Shown: positions 18,030 through 26,441 of the stretch, in pieces
How positions within the stretch are numbered: position 1 is the stretch's first letter
Layout: every line of letters begins with the position of its first letter
Program-made: the position numbers and the translations under genes
Notes under the pieces: generated by a model
Database searches by the model: none
What the model was told of the DNA's origin: nothing
The model's input: only the letters and a program-made list of their open reading frames with translations
Virus record (IMG/VR): IMGVR_UViG_3300020043_001768
Coordinates: 1 to 26,441 of that record
Source: a virus
Lineage: Duplodnaviria > Caudoviricetes
Direction: 5' to 3' (one strand)
DNA length: 26,441 bases

Positions 18030-19019
18030 TTAAGCGAATTTGGTTTGTGAGGCTAAAACTGTATAAGTAGCTGACGCTGTTTTATAAATTACATAGGTAT
18101 ATGAGTCAATAGAGCTTGCGTTACCGCTTGTTGGGGCTGTACCGCCTTGCCATTTAGTTGTTACGCCAGAAGTTGTTCCGTCAATTTGGACTGAGGTGTT
18201 GTAGTAGGCAGTAGTGCTTTGAGTTGTAAGCATTGTGCAAGACATAGAATCACCTACAGCCATCGCTGTATTTAAAGATGTACTAGCGGAGAATAAGAAG
18301 TCTATTGTCCAGTTATTAGCAGCATTACTTGTGTAATATTGCACCGCACCAGAACCTAAATAAAAGGTTTGAGTAGAAGCAGGAGCTCCAGCTACAGTAT
18401 TAGCTGTCTCAACAATGTTTGGAACTTTAAGCGCTGGATAGGTATTGCTTGCGGCAATTGTTAAAAGCGCTGTTCCTGATGTGCCATTAATGTATACCTG
18501 ACCAGTTGAATCTAAACGCATCCGCTCGGTACTGTTTGTGCTAAATCCTAAAGAATTAGCAGCAGGTAAATACATTCCGTTAGTAGCTGCAGTTGAACCT
18601 GATGGAATAAAGCGAGAAGCAGTAGCTGACCCTGTGGTTGCAAAATTAGTGCCGTCAAAAGTCAAAGCACTGTTTGTTGATAACGCAGATGTGCTTGAGG
18701 CATATATCAAACCATTAAGGGTAAAGGATGTAAGTCCTGTACCTCCATTAGTCGTCGCTAATGTGCCAGCTAAAGTAACCGCGCCACTCGTTGCTGTAGA
18801 AGGTGTGAAACCTGTGGTTCCAGCGGAAAATGTTGTAACTGGTGAGGCAGCACCGCTTTGAGCTAATAAAGTTACAACGCCAGAGTTGTTTTCAAAATAG
18901 AGCTTACCGTCGGTAATATTGATTGCTAGCTCACCAGGAACTAGATTTGCAGCCAACGGAACAGCTGCAGCTGTAGTGCTGTAATAAAGCGATATGGGTG
19001 TGTATCCAGTAGCTGCCAT
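18030..19019 (-). CDS. Tail fibre proximal/connector protein (329 aa)
   Basis: N-terminal LVPGELAINITDGKLYF (Mtd_N-like), STNSTERMRLDSTG fibre motif and C-terminal WQGGTAPT...IDSYTY module. Confidence 0.75.
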   Translation of the reverse strand: MAATGYTPISLYYSTTAAAVPLAANLVPGELAINITDGKLYFENNSGVVTLLAQSGAASPVTTFSAGTTGFTPSTATSGAVTLAGTLATTNGGTGLTSFTLNGLIYASSTSALSTNSALTFDGTNFATTGSATASRFIPSGSTAATNGMYLPAANSLGFSTNSTERMRLDSTGQVYINGTSGTALLTIAASNTYPALKVPNIVETANTVAGAPASTQTFYLGSGAVQYYTSNAANNWTIDFLFSASTSLNTAMAVGDSMSCTMLTTQSTTAYYNTSVQIDGTTSGVTTKWQGGTAPTSGNASSIDSYTYVIYKTASATYTVLASQTKFA

Positions 19020-19056
19020 AATTAAAATCCTTTTGCAAAATTATAAGCCGTAAACA

Positions 19057-21174
19057 TTAGAAAGTGCCTCCAGCAACACCATAAATTGTGCCTGTGCCAC
19101 CATTAGCAATAGGCAATATTCCTGTAACCTGAGTTGTAAGATCAATATTTCCGCTGAGCGCGGAGGTCGGATAACCTGTGCAATTCGTTAAAGTTCCTGA
19201 TGAAGGAGTTCCAAGCACTGGTGTAACTAATGTTGGCGAAGTTGCAAAAACTAGCGCGCCTGAGCCTGTCTCATCAGTAACAGCAGAAGCTAGATTTGAA
19301 GATGAGGGGGTTGCTAAGAATGTAGCAACACCTGTTCCCAAACCAGTAATCGAGCCGACCGCTGGAGTTACTGTTGTATTTCCAGCTAGTGTTAACTGAC
19401 CTTGAGCATTTACTGTAAATGTGCCCACTTCAGTTGCAGAGCCATAAGCTCCAGCCGTAACAGCGGTATTAGTAATGCTAAATTGACTACCAGCAAGGGT
19501 TAACCCTGTACCAGCTGTATAAGTTCCTGCACCTGAAAATTGGCTCCAAACAATAGGGTCAGAACCTACGTTCGTTACGGGTTCAGTTTGAACCCAGCCT
19601 GTGTCTGCATAAAGTGTGCCGTTACTAATAAATGTGAAATCGCCACTAGCAATCTCAATAGCCGTGTCAAAATCAGTTGCGCGAGTTAAAACCGTACCAC
19701 CCGTAGCCCATGTGTAAATACCATTATTTGCTTGTGTCGCTTCGTTTTTAACTAAAATGCGGTTCGTATTAAGTAGCGTATATCCATCAAGAATTGTCAA
19801 AGGAACAGATAAAGTTAACGTAGCTCCTACGCCCGAAGTGCCGTTATTGTATGTAACTGTGCCACCAGTAATTGAAGCTAATGAGGCAGGTGTAGCAGCA
19901 TCGCAAGACGCATGAACATGTAATCCTTCAGCTACTGCGTCAACATATTGTTTAGTCGCTAGATCTAATGCAGCCGAAGGGTCTTGAGTAACAGTTACCG
20001 AAGTTAATCCCGCGAGAGTCAAAGATGTCGCGCCTAGTGCTATTGGAGTTGTTCCAATCGTAACAGAACTATTAACCAATGAGCTGTTAGCAATATTACT
20101 TAACGTATTAGTAGAACCATTGATAGATACGCCAGTCAAAGTTCCACCAGTTACTGTTTTTCCAGTGAAGGTTAAAGCAGTTGGAAGGCTTAAAGTTACG
20201 TTAGTTGTGCCTGTGGCAGTGATCTCATTAGCTGTACCACTAACAGAAGCTACTGCGCCGATACCGCCAGCGGTTATAGAAACATTTGAAGCAGCAGTTA
20301 ATTGACCTTGAGCATTGACAGTAAAAGTTCCAACCTCAGTCGCAGAACCATACGAGCCTGCTGTTACAGCGGTATTTGCTATAGAGATCGTACCTGTTGA
20401 GGTGATCGGACCACCTGTTAAACCTGTTCCTGTAGCTACTGAAGTTACACCTGAACCTGAAGCAAATGCAGTCCATACGCCATTCACATACCCTTCAAAT
20501 AATGCTGTATCTGTGTTATAGCGAATCATTCCATTTGAAGAAATCGCTGGACGACTAGCTGTGCTTCCTGCGGGTATTGATAACGATGCTGAACCAGGAA
20601 TAACTGGGTTATTTGCAATAGAGAAAACAGGGTTACTACCACCATTTCCGTTAGTTACAGATATTTGATTAGCCGTTCCTGTCAGTGTAACATTTTGGAA
20701 AAATGACCCACCGACTAGGCTTACCATACCATTACCTGATAGAGTAGCTGCCGATAGAGCTAATCCAGTCAAAGAAAGGGTTGGATTACCGCTAACACCT
20801 GACCCGTCTGAAACGCTTAAACCAGCCGTTCCAACTGCGATCGAGCGATTCACTACCGTATTCACAGCCGACTTGACAATGATTCCTGTGGACGCGTTTT
20901 CTAGGCTTGCAGACGTTCCGTTCAGGAAAAGGCTATATACCCCTTGAGCACCACCGTCTGAAGTACCGATACCTAAACCCCCGCCGATATAACGAGAGTT
21001 AGGTAATGACGCTTGAGCACCAACAGTTAAAAATGTTTGTGTTTGAACAGGGCTGTTAGTAATATCATTAATAGTCGTTTGAACAGTTTGCCCATTCTGT
21101 ACGATAGGAACGAGCTCAGCGCCTGTAATAGCTGAGGGAGCGGTAGGAAGCTGAGAGATTCGTATATTAGACAT
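19057..21174 (-). CDS. Tail fibre-like structural protein (705 aa)
   Basis: Thr/Gly/Ser-rich, with PAGSTASRP..GMIRYNT, LATKQYVD, RILVKNEATQANNGIY and LPIANGGTG motifs. Confidence 0.8.
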   Translation of the reverse strand: MSNIRISQLPTAPSAITGAELVPIVQNGQTVQTTINDITNSPVQTQTFLTVGAQASLPNSRYIGGGLGIGTSDGGAQGVYSLFLNGTSASLENASTGIIVKSAVNTVVNRSIAVGTAGLSVSDGSGVSGNPTLSLTGLALSAATLSGNGMVSLVGGSFFQNVTLTGTANQISVTNGNGGSNPVFSIANNPVIPGSASLSIPAGSTASRPAISSNGMIRYNTDTALFEGYVNGVWTAFASGSGVTSVATGTGLTGGPITSTGTISIANTAVTAGSYGSATEVGTFTVNAQGQLTAASNVSITAGGIGAVASVSGTANEITATGTTNVTLSLPTALTFTGKTVTGGTLTGVSINGSTNTLSNIANSSLVNSSVTIGTTPIALGATSLTLAGLTSVTVTQDPSAALDLATKQYVDAVAEGLHVHASCDAATPASLASITGGTVTYNNGTSGVGATLTLSVPLTILDGYTLLNTNRILVKNEATQANNGIYTWATGGTVLTRATDFDTAIEIASGDFTFISNGTLYADTGWVQTEPVTNVGSDPIVWSQFSGAGTYTAGTGLTLAGSQFSITNTAVTAGAYGSATEVGTFTVNAQGQLTLAGNTTVTPAVGSITGLGTGVATFLATPSSSNLASAVTDETGSGALVFATSPTLVTPVLGTPSSGTLTNCTGYPTSALSGNIDLTTQVTGILPIANGGTGTIYGVAGGTF
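19391..20386 (-). repeat. Internal repeat of about 30 aa in the 705-aa fibre (about 19391-19480 and 20297-20386)
   Basis: SI(A/T)NTAVTAG(S/A)YGSATEVGTFTVNAQGQLT occurs twice, with synonymous DNA differences. Confidence 0.9.
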
Positions 21175-21175
21175 G

Positions 21176-21547
21176 TTATGGACTCAAATTGTCAAGGTTG
21201 CCATCAATATCGTCCTGAGAAGTCTCAGGCGCGATACCAGACTCACCAGCTGTAGGTGTTAAATCAAATACGTTAGGATCATTTACGATATTAGGATCGG
21301 TCGTGATTGCGTCTTGTTGCTCAGCTACGTCAGCGTCTGGGCGCGGGAAACGAATAGAAATCTTTTCAGATTGCCTAGCTGGTAAACGATAGGGGTCAAA
21401 TTGATCCGAACAACCTTGACCGCAAACACGGATTCCAGGAATATTACCATCAGGTCTGATTTCAGAATAGGCGCGTTTCATCTTGCATCGGTCGCATATC
21501 GCGATGCTCAGAACTGTTTCACCCATTGTATCTAACCAGACGCTCAT
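21176..21547 (-). CDS. Cys-motif virion/assembly protein (123 aa)
   Basis: AICDRC...VCGQGC with an acidic tail; ATGA coupling to the adaptor gene. Confidence 0.75.
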   Translation of the reverse strand: MSVWLDTMGETVLSIAICDRCKMKRAYSEIRPDGNIPGIRVCGQGCSDQFDPYRLPARQSEKISIRFPRPDADVAEQQDAITTDPNIVNDPNVFDLTPTAGESGIAPETSQDDIDGNLDNLSP

Positions 21548-22602
21548 CTTGTATAGTAACTTATGTTAGGTGCAAAATAAATTGGTGACTTGTCTCGCTC
21601 TTCTTGCTCAGCTTGACCCCAATATTTCTCAGCTTGTTGCTCGCAATACGCGATTCTAGCAGGCTCGATATTAGGTAATTCCATTGCCATCTGATGGGCT
21701 AGCATATTTTGAATAGCTAAATACCACCGCTGAGGGATCTCAATCTCACCATTCAACGCGCCTACGTCTTCAATTTGACGATGTAACCAGAGCTCTAATT
21801 GAGGTTGAATGCTGTTAGGCACTGGCCAAAGTTCCATATTTGGCTGTGGGATCGTTCTATTGAACCAATATTGAAGTGGACGAAGAGCCTGAAAACTACG
21901 ATTCGGCAGACTTGAATAATCGTCACGATTCATACGCGCCATATTGATTGACAGAGGCGACGTCCCGAATACGACCTGATAGAACCCCATATTTACGCCT
22001 GCAGTCTGAAGTATTCTCCAATATGGTTGAGTCGTAGAATCATATAAATCGTAATAAATCCACTCGTTAGCTGTCCAAGTTGTCGCTCCAGGACTTTCAA
22101 GAGTAACCCAAGTGGAGTTGTCGGTAGAATATTGAATCTGAATAGTTACAGAGCCTGATACTGCTGGCAGAATACCTACAGTAGTAATGAAAACAGGGTT
22201 TCCAGAGCCTGTATTGATGCCGATAGTGCCTGTGTTATTAGTCAGTTGGCAGATACTATCACCGATGCCATCAAATGCTGCAGCCGTGTTGCCTGAAGAA
22301 CTATACGCTCCAGTTGAAATATTTGTTAGGGTTCTGTAATTAGCATTGAGAACGTCAACAGTGCCTACGGGAAGATAATAAAAAGTCTGCTCAGGAATCA
22401 ATCCTACGATGACTTTATTGATACACCAATATTGGATGCCTCGGTTTGCGAGGTTTGAAAGCAGGTAGTACAAGCTCTGTTTAGACGCTTGTATTTGTTC
22501 TACGGTCAGCTCTTCCGCAAGTTTACCTGCGCGACGAGCACCGCTATCTATCAAATTTTGAACAGTAATGACTGTTTGCCCGACTGTGCCACTCGTGCTC
22601 AT
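21544..22602 (-). CDS. Head-tail adaptor/ring protein with an inserted beta-sandwich domain (352 aa)
   Basis: MSTSGT start, LANRGIQYW, RDDYSSLPN..PLQYWFNR..LWPVP and IPQRWY motifs. Confidence 0.7.
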   Translation of the reverse strand: MSTSGTVGQTVITVQNLIDSGARRAGKLAEELTVEQIQASKQSLYYLLSNLANRGIQYWCINKVIVGLIPEQTFYYLPVGTVDVLNANYRTLTNISTGAYSSSGNTAAAFDGIGDSICQLTNNTGTIGINTGSGNPVFITTVGILPAVSGSVTIQIQYSTDNSTWVTLESPGATTWTANEWIYYDLYDSTTQPYWRILQTAGVNMGFYQVVFGTSPLSINMARMNRDDYSSLPNRSFQALRPLQYWFNRTIPQPNMELWPVPNSIQPQLELWLHRQIEDVGALNGEIEIPQRWYLAIQNMLAHQMAMELPNIEPARIAYCEQQAEKYWGQAEQEERDKSPIYFAPNISYYTR

Positions 22603-22612
22603 TTACCACCCT

Positions 22613-23164
22613 TTAATAGTTTTTTACTTTTCCACCATCTTTGCAATTCCAACGACGTAACGAAGCCTTAGCTCTCGGTGCATCGCCCTTTGCGTGTTTT
22701 ACTACTCCCGACATTCTAGCACAGAATGATTTCTTTCTACCTTGCTCTTTCTCAGTTTTAGGATGAGGAGCAGGCGCTTTTAAGTTACTTCCCGTAGCTC
22801 TATTCGCCTTTGCTCTACCTTTCGCGGTGAGTCCTGCACCTTGACTTATTGGCAGTTTCTCACCTCTACCTACTGACAATGATAACCCGCCTTCTTTTTT
22901 CTTAGCAGTTTTTGCTGAATTAATAAAATCTTGCCTGCTTGGAGCACCTTCTGTTCCTGGTTTACGCATACGTTCGCCTGAACCAGCTTTGATTCGCTCA
23001 CGTTTTGCATGAATATTCGCGTAAAGTCCACCACCATCTTTCTTAGCAGCACGTTTAGTCGCATAAGCGATCGCTACCGCCTGTTTTTGAGGTTTACCAG
23101 CTTTAATCTCAGCAGCTACGTTTTTACCGAATGCTTCTTTCGATTTGCTTTTGATCAATGGCAT
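22613..23164 (-). CDS. Basic multi-module protein (183 aa) with a C-terminal SFCARM (DUF6321-like) domain
   Basis: Lys/Arg-rich; RKKSFCARM...SLRRWNC motif; modules separated by K-[DE]-GG. Confidence 0.7.
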   Translation of the reverse strand: MPLIKSKSKEAFGKNVAAEIKAGKPQKQAVAIAYATKRAAKKDGGGLYANIHAKRERIKAGSGERMRKPGTEGAPSRQDFINSAKTAKKKEGGLSLSVGRGEKLPISQGAGLTAKGRAKANRATGSNLKAPAPHPKTEKEQGRKKSFCARMSGVVKHAKGDAPRAKASLRRWNCKDGGKVKNY

Positions 23165-23166
23165 AA

Positions 23167-23766
23167 TTAACCCACTTGATTAACAGTTACAATAACCGAT
23201 GCCGTACCTGGATAAGCTGGAGATACAGACGCTGGATACGCAGGGCACGTAACATTTGCAGATGTTTTTAACCAATAAATTTGAACGTACTGACCTGCTG
23301 TTAAATTTAAAAAATAATTCCAACCATAAACAGCATGAAATGGATCTGCTGGATTTTTTCTAGCAGGTAAACCTATTTTTCCAGCCGATCCAGCTACATC
23401 AACGCCATCTAATTTTAACCAAACAATTGCGTCTTGTGGTGCAATGTCTAAGTTTTGAAATTGAGCAGACCATTGAAAATTATATACACCATTTACGGGC
23501 ACAGTTAATTCAGAATTATTTACAAGTATTACACCATTTGGTACATCAACAGTGTTAAACGTAAATGGCTGCCCTGTTGTGGTCGAACCTGCTTGCGTTG
23601 TTGAATCTTGCCACGCGCCATGATTAAAATAAACATCTCGTGCGTATTGGCCAAAGTTTGCTATTGTTGATTTTACGTTACCACCACTTTGAACCAAAGG
23701 AACGAGTTCCGAGCCAGTTAAAGGGGTTGCCGCATTCGGCATTGCCGATATTTTTTGGTCAGCCAT
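23167..23766 (-). CDS. Short fibre/spike with a C1q/BclA-like jelly-roll head (199 aa)
   Basis: MADQKISAMP anchor; VPVNGVYNFQWSAQF and LTAGQYVQIYW resemble TNF/C1q-like strands. Confidence 0.65.
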   Translation of the reverse strand: MADQKISAMPNAATPLTGSELVPLVQSGGNVKSTIANFGQYARDVYFNHGAWQDSTTQAGSTTTGQPFTFNTVDVPNGVILVNNSELTVPVNGVYNFQWSAQFQNLDIAPQDAIVWLKLDGVDVAGSAGKIGLPARKNPADPFHAVYGWNYFLNLTAGQYVQIYWLKTSANVTCPAYPASVSPAYPGTASVIVTVNQVG

Positions 23767-23999
23767 TAGTTGCTCTCCAATTCAATTTTGTCATTCGTCT
23801 CTTGTAAGACGTATCCCGATGACTCCATCAAGATATAATATTTAATACTAGCGGTTCCACCATAAAGGTCAACAACCCCGTGGTCACCTACATCTTCGCC
23901 GATACCAGCGCCCACCACATTGACGGCACTAGTCTTCCCAGCAAACCCATCACTAGTGTTTGCTTGATTGGCTACACCTGTGTATCCAACATAAGGCAT
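23766..23999 (-). CDS. Small structural protein (77 aa) with an acidic-hydrophobic C-terminal motif
   Basis: YILMESSGYVLQETNDKIELE; TAATG coupling to the next gene. Confidence 0.7.
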   Translation of the reverse strand: MPYVGYTGVANQANTSDGFAGKTSAVNVVGAGIGEDVGDHGVVDLYGGTASIKYYILMESSGYVLQETNDKIELESN

Positions 24000-24000
24000 A

Positions 24001-24303
24001 TTAAATGCCCGCTTGAATTAAACTCATCGTTGCCGTACCAGTACCCGAGTTCACGAGAATTTTAATACCAGTCACTGGAAATGCATAATTGCCGTCTTGA
24101 TTATCAGTCTTGCTAGCAATCGTAGGATGGCTATACCAAGTCGTAAAACCTACTGTAGGATCATCAAAAGAATGCTGAATGGTATAATTAATGGTGCCAG
24201 TCGCAACAATACCAAAACCTACATTGAAAGGTGTTTGATTAGTATTCATTACCAAAGCAGAACTAGAGCCAGTACCTGTCTTTGAAACTGTTTGCACTTT
24301 CAT
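24001..24303 (-). CDS. Small beta-rich virion protein (100 aa; start probably ATG at 24303)
   Basis: SD GGAG 6 nt before the ATG; beta-strand pattern (YTIQHSFDD, YAFPVTGIKI). Confidence 0.7.
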   Translation of the reverse strand: MKVQTVSKTGTGSSSALVMNTNQTPFNVGFGIVATGTINYTIQHSFDDPTVGFTTWYSHPTIASKTDNQDGNYAFPVTGIKILVNSGTGTATMSLIQAGI

Positions 24304-24316
24304 GCTTTTCTCCAAT

Positions 24317-24343
24317 TAAAAGTGGGAGCCGAAGCTCCCGACT
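24317..24343 (-). terminator. Rho-independent terminator (cUUCGg hairpin)
   Basis: Minus strand reads AGTCGGGAGC-TTCG-GCTCCCACT-TTT, immediately after the stop at 24347. Confidence 0.8.
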
Positions 24344-24346
24344 AGT

Positions 24347-25081
24347 TTAATACTTGCACATTTTTCCGCCAGATTTGAAACCGCTCATACCGCCACTTTT
24401 CATAGCAGTGTGACCGCCATTTTTGTAGCCAGCTGGTTGCTGTTTGATCTGACCAGTTTTCTTTGGAGCCTGCTTTGGATGCTCACCATCGCTCATATTT
24501 GAAATGAACTTTGCTGCACCACCATTTTTATATCCAGCAGGAGGACCATTCTTCACTTTACCAGTCTTAGTATTTAAAGATTTGGTCTGTTTTGCTCCAG
24601 ACATGTTGTTCAAAAACTTGGCTGCGCCACCATTTTTATAACCACCAGCGTTGCTATTGCGAACACCACCAGTAGTTTTCTTAGGATTGACGCGGGTTGC
24701 TTCTAAACCACCAGCTAAACCGCCCATAGTATCTGGACCAGCTTTTGGTGCACCGCCATTTTTAAGACCTTTATGGGCTTTAGAAGCAGGTTTGCTCTCA
24801 TGCTGCTTGAGCTCCTTTTCAACTTTGCCCATCTTTTTCATTTCAGCTTTATGCATAGATGGGGTTTCCATTTCACCACCATTTTTGCGCATCATTGGTC
24901 TAGCCATTGGGGCAACTGCTGGACGTGCCATACGACGACGTGCAGGCATAACAGCAGGTGCAGCAGGTGAAGCAGGTAATGCCCCACCCATCTGCATCTT
25001 AACCTTACCGCCTTTTTTGAGTTTTAGCTCAACAGATGGCTCGGTTGTTTTCATTTTTGGCATTGCTTTGTATTGTCCCAT
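24347..25081 (-). CDS. Lys/Met/Gly-rich low-complexity protein with xKxGG repeats (244 aa)
   Basis: SD GGGAG; nine GG motifs and tandem repeats of about 35-37 aa ending in GYKNGG. Confidence 0.8.
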   Translation of the reverse strand: MGQYKAMPKMKTTEPSVELKLKKGGKVKMQMGGALPASPAAPAVMPARRRMARPAVAPMARPMMRKNGGEMETPSMHKAEMKKMGKVEKELKQHESKPASKAHKGLKNGGAPKAGPDTMGGLAGGLEATRVNPKKTTGGVRNSNAGGYKNGGAAKFLNNMSGAKQTKSLNTKTGKVKNGPPAGYKNGGAAKFISNMSDGEHPKQAPKKTGQIKQQPAGYKNGGHTAMKSGGMSGFKSGGKMCKY

Positions 25082-25093
25082 TTCGCTCTCCTA

Positions 25094-26068
25094 TTAGGCT
25101 TGGGTCACACCGAGTGCACCAACACGAATAGCGTTTGGTCCAACTGCGATTGCAGGTAATAAAATACCCATTACAAGACGCTTAATTCCGTCAGTTGCAG
25201 CAGAAGGAACATAAGTGCCACGTACGTCACCAGTGGTCGTAGTAGCAGTAGCCGTTGCAGCAGCTACGAAAGTTCCTGCGTCTTCAGCTAAGGTATTGTT
25301 GTATCCCGCGCGAGCGACATAACCTGCGTCAGTTACACGAACTGGAATACCGAGAATGTCAGTAGTTCCGATTGTGATGGCGACTACAGTTCCACCTGAA
25401 ACAGTGATTCCGCTGATCTGATAGAACGCTTTTTTACCATTTACAGCAGTAGAAGCCACCGCGCTAGAAGCAATCACTTCACTCATTGCTTGACCATAAT
25501 AGTCATAGCCAGAAACAGTGAAATTACGGGCAGTTGGTGTTCCTGCGCCTGTGGTCACACTAACAGCGCGAGGTACGTCTAACTGGAGAACAGTTCCGTT
25601 GTTAGTAACTACAGACTTAACAGAAGTTCCAGCAGTCAAAGTAACAGCGCCAGCAGCTGCAGGGGTTTGGCTAGCAGCAATGTTGTTAGCAACTAATGCT
25701 TGAGGAACAGTGTCCCAAACATAAATACGACCTAAAGGACCAACACCAAGACTCATCGGTGAAGGGTCACCTAGTAAAGCGTTTCCGTTAGCAACCATTG
25801 TCGTGCTAGCAGCAGTTTGAGAAGTATTTACAGTGTAAGTTCCAGTGCCACCGCTACCAGTGCCAAAAGCAGTGATATAAGTACCATTGGTTACACCAGA
25901 TCCGTCGATATATTGACCGACGACTAACGAGTCGCCAGAAAGCATCGCGGTAACAGTGAGAGTGGTTGTTGCGATAGAACCAGTAAATGACGCGGATGCG
26001 TTAGCATTACCAGTTCCCATATAGGTTACGGCTGGACCTAGGAATAGGTCATCAGAATATTGAGGCAT
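25094..26068 (-). CDS. Putative capsid decoration/minor capsid protein (324 aa)
   Basis: Directly follows the capsid gene; SD AAGGAG; Thr/Ala/Gly-rich beta protein. Confidence 0.6.
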   Translation of the reverse strand: MPQYSDDLFLGPAVTYMGTGNANASASFTGSIATTTLTVTAMLSGDSLVVGQYIDGSGVTNGTYITAFGTGSGGTGTYTVNTSQTAASTTMVANGNALLGDPSPMSLGVGPLGRIYVWDTVPQALVANNIAASQTPAAAGAVTLTAGTSVKSVVTNNGTVLQLDVPRAVSVTTGAGTPTARNFTVSGYDYYGQAMSEVIASSAVASTAVNGKKAFYQISGITVSGGTVVAITIGTTDILGIPVRVTDAGYVARAGYNNTLAEDAGTFVAAATATATTTTGDVRGTYVPSAATDGIKRLVMGILLPAIAVGPNAIRVGALGVTQA

Positions 26069-26100
26069 TGTCTTTCTCCTTGAAAAGCATAGACATTGTT

Positions 26101-26135
26101 AAATTAAAGAAGGGTCAGATTTTAGCCTGACCCTT
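26101..26135 (-). terminator. Rho-independent terminator/attenuator after the major capsid gene
   Basis: 9-bp perfect stem AAGGGTCAG/CTGACCCTT (26110-26118 and 26127-26135) followed by CTTTAATTT on the minus strand. Confidence 0.75.
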
Positions 26136-26142
26136 TACAACA

Positions 26143-26441
26143 TTAAACTCCAGGTGTACCGAACATCGCACGTGGGTCAGTGAAACCCACTTGATAACGC
26201 TCAGTTGCCTTATAACGCATAGAGTCGGTTTCGAAATCGCCTTCCATGGTTTTCTCGAGCGCACGACGCATGAGTAACTTCATGCCTTCGGGAGCATCGG
26301 TCTGAACCCACCAGTTGGTAGCAGAAGTCAAACGGCTAATTACTGAAGCGCCTTCTGGCAACAATCCAATCGATTTGATTGGGTTGATGTCGTTGTTGGC
26401 GGCACCAGTACGCAGTACGGACTTGAGCAACACTTCGGCTT
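26143..26441 (-). CDS. Major capsid protein, C-terminal part (Mu gpT-like HK97 family; truncated by the window edge)
   Basis: NNDINPI...WWVQTDAPEGMK...GDFETDSMRYKATERYQVGFTDPRAMFGTPG; followed by a terminator. Confidence 0.85.
   Translation of the reverse strand, partial: AEVLLKSVLRTGAANNDINPIKSIGLLPEGASVISRLTSATNWWVQTDAPEGMKLLMRRALEKTMEGDFETDSMRYKATERYQVGFTDPRAMFGTPGV

Noticed and set aside
13357-19019. Diversity-generating retroelement suggested by the Mtd_N-like domain and lectin folds
   Set aside because: No reverse transcriptase is present, and no TR/VR pair differing only at adenines was seen in the window.
19031-19068. Minus-strand TATAAT (19040-19045) beside the palindrome TTTTGCAAAA as a sigma70 promoter/operator
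   Set aside because: There is no -35 hexamer at the proper spacing and no extended -10 TG, so it could be chance in an AT-rich spacer.
955-25703. Many plus-strand ORFs of 60-148 aa and alternate-frame minus-strand ORFs in the track
   Set aside because: They are shadows of long minus-strand genes. Their Pro/Val/Ala-rich translations mirror Gly/Thr codons, and they lack convincing RBSs or motifs.
1-26441. Stop-codon reassignment, CRISPR array, tRNA, intron/intein, integrase or transposase
   Set aside because: Genes tile densely under the standard code and use all three stop codons. No spaced repeats, cloverleaf or mobile-element motifs were recognised by eye.

Overview
This window is part of a tailed dsDNA phage genome with a podovirus-like gene order resembling P22 and T7. 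Its protein style resembles uncultured aquatic phages; this is an inference and the host cannot be determined. About 25.8 kb is one tightly coupled minus-strand virion/lysis region. From right to left it encodes the major capsid C-terminus, capsid-associated and basic internal proteins, an adaptor/ring protein, several tail fibres including a 1553-aa Gly-rich/LamG/SPRY protein, a lysis cassette (3TM holin plus GH24 endolysin), a second adaptor-like protein, a P22 gp10-like nozzle and four candidate ejection proteins. The region ends at tandem hairpins near 576-630, where it converges with small plus-strand genes. The most unusual signal is a recurrent [hydrophobic/basic]-[K/A]-x-G-G motif found in three otherwise unrelated putative internal proteins, where it punctuates modules like a processing or packaging signal. 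There is also a P22 gp7-like leader followed by poly-Gly on the first ejection protein. All product calls come from motif recognition and synteny; no database searches were run.
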